Origin: an uncultured virus (IMG/VR IMGVR_UViG_3300006793_000020)
Lineage: Duplodnaviria > Heunggongvirae > Uroviricota > Caudoviricetes
DNA length: 64,000 nucleotides
Virus record (IMG/VR): IMGVR_UViG_3300006793_000020
Strand: one strand, 5' to 3'
This document shows, in pieces, positions 58,834 through 64,000 of the stretch. How positions within the stretch are numbered: position 1 is the stretch's first letter; the number at the start of each line of letters is the position of its first letter. The notes beneath the pieces were generated by a model, which saw only the letters and a program-made list of their open reading frames with translations, was not told the origin of the DNA and searched no databases. A program made the translations under genes and the position numbers.

Positions 58834-59894
58834 TAACACCAAATAGTCACATGAACCCAGTATACGAACTGGAAGAACGTAATAGTGTTAAACAGTACAT
58901 AGACAGCGGCGGCTGGATTATGGAGCATACTAAAACTAGAGAACTAGAACAAATGATTTGTGACTATACTGGTGCAAAACATGCTCATATGGTACCAAGT
59001 GCTACTATGGGTCTGTTGCTTTGTAGTATGCTCAGCGACATCAAGCCAGGTGAGGTGTTTGACTGCCCAGCCTACACACAAGCCGCTACAGCAAATGGTA
59101 GTATACTTATGGGTGCTACTCCAAACTTTATTGATGTTGACCCCGATACATATACTTTAGATTTTAATAAAGTTACAAACCGTGTTGTTTATATAGCAAG
59201 TATTAATGGCAGAACACCACAAAACTATCAACATCAAATACGAAAACTACGCAATAGTGGACACTTCGTTATTGAAGATGCCGCTCAAGCATTGAGTAGT
59301 TGGCATGGCAATAAACATATTGGAACAATGGGTGATGTTGGTGTGTTTAGTTTTGGTGCACCTAAAATTATTACAACAGGACAGGGCGGGTGTATCATTA
59401 CAAACAATGCCGAACTTAGTGAGCGTATACACGCTATAAAAAACTTTGGACGTACAGTAGGAGTGGGCGAAGTATATAATATAATGGGTATGAACTTTAA
59501 GTTTACTGATTTACAATCTAGCTTTGGCGTAGAGCAAATGCGTAAACTACCTGAAATTGTAGAACGCAAGAAAGAAATTTATAATTTATACCGTCGTGAA
59601 TTAGATAATGTGGTTGAATTTGTAGAAACTAACTTGTCATGGTGTACACCAACATATCCAGAAATACTAGTAGAAAATCGTGATGAACTTGCTAAACATT
59701 TACGTAGTTATCATATAGGATGTAGAGCAGTATACTATAGCTTATGCGAACAGCCCTTCCACAAACAATGGAAAACAGAAAGTCCAGTAACAGACTATAT
59801 TGGTGCTCGTGGATTACAATTGCCAGGGCAAGCAGATTTGTTGGATTATGATATTAAAGAAATTTGTCAAGTTATACGAGACTTTTATGAATAA
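58830..59894 (+). CDS. DegT/DnrJ/EryC1/StrS PLP-dependent sugar aminotransferase
   Basis: IEDAAQA, FSFGAPKIITTGQGG with catalytic Lys, GMNFK. Confidence 0.93.
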   Translation: MITPNSHMNPVYELEERNSVKQYIDSGGWIMEHTKTRELEQMICDYTGAKHAHMVPSATMGLLLCSMLSDIKPGEVFDCPAYTQAATANGSILMGATPNFIDVDPDTYTLDFNKVTNRVVYIASINGRTPQNYQHQIRKLRNSGHFVIEDAAQALSSWHGNKHIGTMGDVGVFSFGAPKIITTGQGGCIITNNAELSERIHAIKNFGRTVGVGEVYNIMGMNFKFTDLQSSFGVEQMRKLPEIVERKKEIYNLYRRELDNVVEFVETNLSWCTPTYPEILVENRDELAKHLRSYHIGCRAVYYSLCEQPFHKQWKTESPVTDYIGARGLQLPGQADLLDYDIKEICQVIRDFYE

Positions 59895-60775
59895 ACTTTA
59901 ATTAAGTTTTGTATTCCTTGATCCAAACTTTCAGTAGCAGTATATCCCAGTTCACGTATCTTGGTATAGTCAACAAAGTAGTTGCGTCCGTCTTGGTCGT
60001 GTGCTAGTGTAGTATTGTTTTCATATGTCCAGTCTGGTAAGTGACGTTTAATTGTTTCGCATATTTCTAACTTAGTGTGATTTAATGTTTCATCACCTAC
60101 ATTCCAAATTTCGCCCTTCATATCGTCAAAGCGTTCGATGCTCCAAGCAAAGCTGCGCACCAGGTCATTAATACTAATAAATGTTCGTTTAAAATGGCCT
60201 TCAAACAGTGTCATGTGTTCGCCCTGACACGCCTTGTTTACAAAGTCATTAATTAATAAGTCGTTACGCAATCGGTTACTAACACCAAATGCGGTTGCTG
60301 GACGTAGTATAACAGCATCAGTACCATCTAAATATTCCTCACCTACAAGTTTGTAAACGCTATATGTGCTAATAGGATTGGGCTCTACTAGCTCGGTACA
60401 CACACTATCTAGTGCTCCGTACACACTACCAGTACTTGCATACACGAACGGTTTATTTGCACTTGCATCAATAACCCTTTTGGTACCATCTACATTAATA
60501 CGATATGCTTCACTGGGATCTGCGTTACATGCTGGAAAGCCGATAATACCTGCCAAGTGTACAACGGCATCTGCACCAGCCAGCACAGGCTCTACTTGTG
60601 GAGTACAAATGTCCAGCTTGTGTAAATGGAAATTAGGGTGGTCTATAATGTTTAGTACAGGCTCAATACCCCATTTTAACCAGTCAATACAATCAACTGT
60701 GTGTCCTTGGCGTAAAAAATATTCACTCAGTCTACATCCTATGTATCCTGCTCCGCCTGTTATTGCTATTCTCAT
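59885..60775 (-). CDS. NAD-dependent epimerase/dehydratase (extended SDR)
   Basis: TGGAGYIG, HLAG, STGSVYG, YSVYK. Confidence 0.92.
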   Translation of the reverse strand: MRIAITGGAGYIGCRLSEYFLRQGHTVDCIDWLKWGIEPVLNIIDHPNFHLHKLDICTPQVEPVLAGADAVVHLAGIIGFPACNADPSEAYRINVDGTKRVIDASANKPFVYASTGSVYGALDSVCTELVEPNPISTYSVYKLVGEEYLDGTDAVILRPATAFGVSNRLRNDLLINDFVNKACQGEHMTLFEGHFKRTFISINDLVRSFAWSIERFDDMKGEIWNVGDETLNHTKLEICETIKRHLPDWTYENNTTLAHDQDGRNYFVDYTKIRELGYTATESLDQGIQNLIKVYS

Positions 60776-61560
60776 TTATATATCTCCATAAATTTTTCTG
60801 CAAATATGTTGTTGTGGTATCCGTCAACATGCATTCTATCTCTCGCACGGTTTAAGTGCTCAGTATCATATACTGTTTTATTACGTAAATCATTATCTAG
60901 ATCAACCCATAATAGTCTACTGTGGCTTGCACTGCATATTCTTTGTATACAATATTTCATCATTGTGATCTTGGCTTCATGATATCTATGATTATCATCA
61001 AGCCATTCGTACCAATGATCTAGTTTATCTACAGCATTATCTCCAAGTGCCTCTAAAATTTCTGGGTTTTTTGCATTGCCAGGAAACAGTGTTACAATCC
61101 TATTATTATTATTCATTATTATTGATCTCTCACTATGCGGTGCTAATATAGCTACTACTTTTGGCTGATGTCGCATGATAACACTACTAGCTATCATTAA
61201 TACATTTTCCATACTGGCACCACACATACCCAAGTTAGCATAACGATCTGTATTCATATTTAATTTTTTAGTAAGTTGATATCCCCAAGTATGTTCTAGT
61301 GGAATACCCACACCAAATGTATGGCTACAGCCCAGTGTCATTATATCAATATATTGGTAATCTGCACGAGCTCTAAACCCATAATTAAGATCATACGTTA
61401 CATTGTCGGCTGTATAATCAGTTGTAACATTTTTAACTAATTGGAAATGGTCTCCTGTTTGATAAAAACTATCATGCTCTAATTTACTGTAAAACTTATC
61501 ATTATAACATTTTAAAGCAATGTCAAATGGCCATAAATTATGATCTGGTAATAGGTTCAT
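60772..61560 (-). CDS. SGNH/GDSL-like protein
   Basis: LGCSHTFG, NLGMCGAS, ARDRMH; start ATG 61560 or GTG 61563. Confidence 0.65.
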   Translation of the reverse strand: MNLLPDHNLWPFDIALKCYNDKFYSKLEHDSFYQTGDHFQLVKNVTTDYTADNVTYDLNYGFRARADYQYIDIMTLGCSHTFGVGIPLEHTWGYQLTKKLNMNTDRYANLGMCGASMENVLMIASSVIMRHQPKVVAILAPHSERSIIMNNNNRIVTLFPGNAKNPEILEALGDNAVDKLDHWYEWLDDNHRYHEAKITMMKYCIQRICSASHSRLLWVDLDNDLRNKTVYDTEHLNRARDRMHVDGYHNNIFAEKFMEIYK

Positions 61561-61909
61561 CACAGTCGTTCCACCGTTTGGTAATCATTGCAATCATTTT
61601 ACAGTCAGCAGTGGGGTAAAATGTATGCGGTACTAACATAGGCAAGTATATACAATCTCCTGCACTTACTGGAGTTACTATCTCTTGACCATCTGTTAGT
61701 TCAGTGTACACACCTTCACCCTCAACAAACATAATATATTCGTCGAACTCTTTGTGATAGTGATGTCCACGCACAGCACCTTTGAGTGTTACAATATAAT
61801 TCCACTCCACTATGTTGTACTGTTCAGGGTAAAATGTTTGTATAATGCCCCTGCCATCTTTGAACGTGATTGGGTTAATTTCCGGATCTAGCTTCTTTAT
61901 TTGTTTCAT
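61538..61909 (-). CDS. Cupin, NDP-sugar epimerase/isomerase-like
   Basis: DGRG, RGHHYH...E, VPHTF. Confidence 0.8.
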   Translation of the reverse strand: MKQIKKLDPEINPITFKDGRGIIQTFYPEQYNIVEWNYIVTLKGAVRGHHYHKEFDEYIMFVEGEGVYTELTDGQEIVTPVSAGDCIYLPMLVPHTFYPTADCKMIAMITKRWNDCDEPITRS

Positions 61910-61923
61910 AAATACTATTTATA
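61907..61923. promoter_or_regulatory. Palindromic pair of late promoters
   Basis: CATAAATA on + (61907-14) and TATAAATA on - (61923-16) between divergent genes. Confidence 0.7.
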
Positions 61924-61943
61924 TTATGTAGGTACTTAATTAT

Positions 61944-62885
61944 ATGAAACTTTACCGCACAGTAAATGACATCGAGACAGCAATACTCGATGGACTAGGC
62001 GACCATCTAGAACAAATACAATTTAATAATAGCCAAGCTGATAGCCATCCATATGGTACTCGGGGTAAAGAGCCTGTGGCTAATGAAATAATTGTACCAA
62101 ATGAATATTTTGATCGAGCACGTAATGGTGAAGATATGACTAATTATCATGCTAATACATTATGGCAATATTATACTGACAGTATGATAGGCATTATTAA
62201 TAATGAGCAATTCGAGTTCTATAATCATATTAGTTATGTTAACGACTTAAAAAGTTATGACCAATTTGAAAGCATTTGGTGTACTAGACCCCAATCTCAG
62301 TTTTATGGAATAGGTATGTTATATGACCCAGTTGGATATTTTTTAAGACATTTAAAATATGATCGTGGTGACTTGCGTATTAATATTACAGGACATTATC
62401 GTGGTACATTTATGGTAGGTCGAGAGTACTTGTTGGACTTGTTAAAAAATTGCACAGAGTGGTGGATGGAGTCACAAACACAACGCTTCAAACGTTGGCA
62501 ACCAGATGCACTATGGCACGAAGACCTACAACATCAAGTAACACAACAGGAAATTACAGAGATGCTTCCTGAAATAGAGTGGCCATATGGGATCAAGTGC
62601 ATACTTAACAGTATTAGAAAAGTTGGTGTGATTACAGATCATAATTTAGAACGTCACCACCTATGGGGAAAACTGCGCCGTCGTGATAAGTTTAATGTTT
62701 GGCTAGAAAGGCATGTTAACTTAGAAGAAAGCAGTTGGTATTTTTTACAAGATCCTGAAGTGTGGGAGGCATTTACACAACGATATAGTGAAGATTTTGC
62801 ACTAGGCGGATTTAGTACTGAACCACGTACTGGTGATTGGATAGACTATTGGAAAAAAAGAGTAGGCAGTGATTATGGTCAGTAA
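61944..62885 (+). CDS. Hypothetical protein, weak sulfotransferase-like C-terminus
   Basis: 313-aa ORF; YDPV and RYSEDFALGGF resemble sulfotransferase family motifs, but no clear 5'-PSB loop. Confidence 0.5.
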   Translation: MKLYRTVNDIETAILDGLGDHLEQIQFNNSQADSHPYGTRGKEPVANEIIVPNEYFDRARNGEDMTNYHANTLWQYYTDSMIGIINNEQFEFYNHISYVNDLKSYDQFESIWCTRPQSQFYGIGMLYDPVGYFLRHLKYDRGDLRINITGHYRGTFMVGREYLLDLLKNCTEWWMESQTQRFKRWQPDALWHEDLQHQVTQQEITEMLPEIEWPYGIKCILNSIRKVGVITDHNLERHHLWGKLRRRDKFNVWLERHVNLEESSWYFLQDPEVWEAFTQRYSEDFALGGFSTEPRTGDWIDYWKKRVGSDYGQ

Positions 62886-64000
62886 ACTAGATTTTGAATC
62901 GGAATTAGAATATTCTATTGATAGAGTGCGTGAAGTAACTGATCGTATTGTAGTAGTGCTTGTTGGGCAACCACGTGGTACTACATTAAAGACTTGGAAA
63001 CGTTATTTAAGTGATGTAATGAAATCCACCATTTATCCATACCCTGAAGATGATCACTGTAACGATCCTAATGCAAAACTAACTGGGGAAAATTGGGCAA
63101 AGGGTTGTCCTGTTAAACACAAACCTATAATTGATATAGTGTGTGTTGTTAGCGAATACGACACACCTGATCGTTATATGCAAGGCGAAGATCCACGTTT
63201 AGCTGGATTAGATGTGGATCCCTACTATGATCCACTGGCTATTATTAATAAACACAGTGCCAATGATTATGTAATGGATCTTTACAATTCCAAAAAGTTT
63301 CCAATTAATAAAGACAAATGGGAAAAATATCAGCGAGAAGTATGGGATTGGGCAGACAGCGTTAACTTTGTATACTGGACTGATGACAAAATATTAAATC
63401 GCATGGAAGAAAAGTTTGATTATCGTCCTTGGCATACCCGATGGATCAATCAATTTTTACATTTTAGTTCAGCAGTACAAGAATTACCAGAAATATTTGA
63501 CAATCTTACTAAAAATAGTGTAGTAATAAGACAGCGTTATGATACAGCATTAGCATCAGACTATAGTCTTTGGCATTATGCCAAAGAGTTGTTTAGTGTG
63601 TGGTGGACACCACATGGTGATGCTGACCAACACTACACACATCACGCAGGTTTTGATTTATCACCCATAGTTAGTTTACATGATATGCATATCTTACGTG
63701 GACATTTAAATGCAGGAGATGTTTTAAATACTTTTGATGGACCAGGTGCACAAATATTTGGTGCTGGGTTAGAAGACTGGCTGTTAGAACAAGATAATCG
63801 AGTATACGGCGGAACTATAGATCCTATTGATAAGTGGAGTATACCTGAAATGGTAGTACCCAAGTTTTGTGTGGATAATGGATATACATTTAATATGGGA
63901 TCAAAATTGCCGCCAATGTTACTGAGCTTAAACGATCCACCAATTGCTGACCAATGGCGTTACCATTGGTATGATGATTGGACACCAGAATTAGTCGAGG
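62875..64000 (+). CDS. Hypothetical protein, partial; paralog of 57811-58833
   Basis: Not in ORF track; manual translation MVSKLDFESE...VLVGQPRG...PEIFDNLTKNSVVIRQRYDT, apparently open to the window end. Confidence 0.75.
   Translation, partial: MVSKLDFESELEYSIDRVREVTDRIVVVLVGQPRGTTLKTWKRYLSDVMKSTIYPYPEDDHCNDPNAKLTGENWAKGCPVKHKPIIDIVCVVSEYDTPDRYMQGEDPRLAGLDVDPYYDPLAIINKHSANDYVMDLYNSKKFPINKDKWEKYQREVWDWADSVNFVYWTDDKILNRMEEKFDYRPWHTRWINQFLHFSSAVQELPEIFDNLTKNSVVIRQRYDTALASDYSLWHYAKELFSVWWTPHGDADQHYTHHAGFDLSPIVSLHDMHILRGHLNAGDVLNTFDGPGAQIFGAGLEDWLLEQDNRVYGGTIDPIDKWSIPEMVVPKFCVDNGYTFNMGSKLPPMLLSLNDPPIADQWRYHWYDDWTPELVE

Noticed and set aside
59885..59894. Terminator between convergent DegT and epimerase genes
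   Set aside because: The genes overlap by 10 nt and no convincing hairpin with U-tract is present.
61501..61526. Minus-strand TTGACA...TATAAT
   Set aside because: Spacer is only 14 nt and it lies inside a CDS.
1..64000. Stop-codon reassignment or selenocysteine recoding
   Set aside because: Genes are full length under the standard code; TAG and TGA end genes at expected positions, often overlapping the next start.

Overview
This window is a gene-dense, AT-rich segment of a large T4-like (myovirus, probably jumbo) phage genome using the standard genetic code; all product calls rest on motifs read by eye, with no database searches. 1-10 kb: portal gp20 (partial), a tape-measure-like gene, a gp26/gp51-like pair joined by a likely -1 frameshift site, a ~430-nt non-coding region with minus-strand RNA structure behind a GIY-YIG nuclease, a HAD phosphomannomutase-like gene, gp46/gp47 and late sigma gp55. 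10-35 kb: a baseplate/tail module (gp53-like, hub with M15-like peptidase, gp5-like spike, gp25, gp6, a 3793-aa structural protein, fibre-like proteins, one with (Tyr-Gly)n tracts). 35-64 kb: a ~29-kb modification island with glycosyltransferase-like genes, a near-contiguous run of eight radical SAM genes (six with an N-terminal Twitch-like domain, one B12-dependent), nucleotide-sugar enzymes, methyltransferases, sulfotransferase-like and SGNH-like genes. T4-type late (TATAAATA/GATAAATA) and sigma70 promoters are visible. The best novelty candidates are the radical SAM/glycan-tailoring island, the GIY-YIG-linked structured RNA and the gp26-gp51 frameshift.
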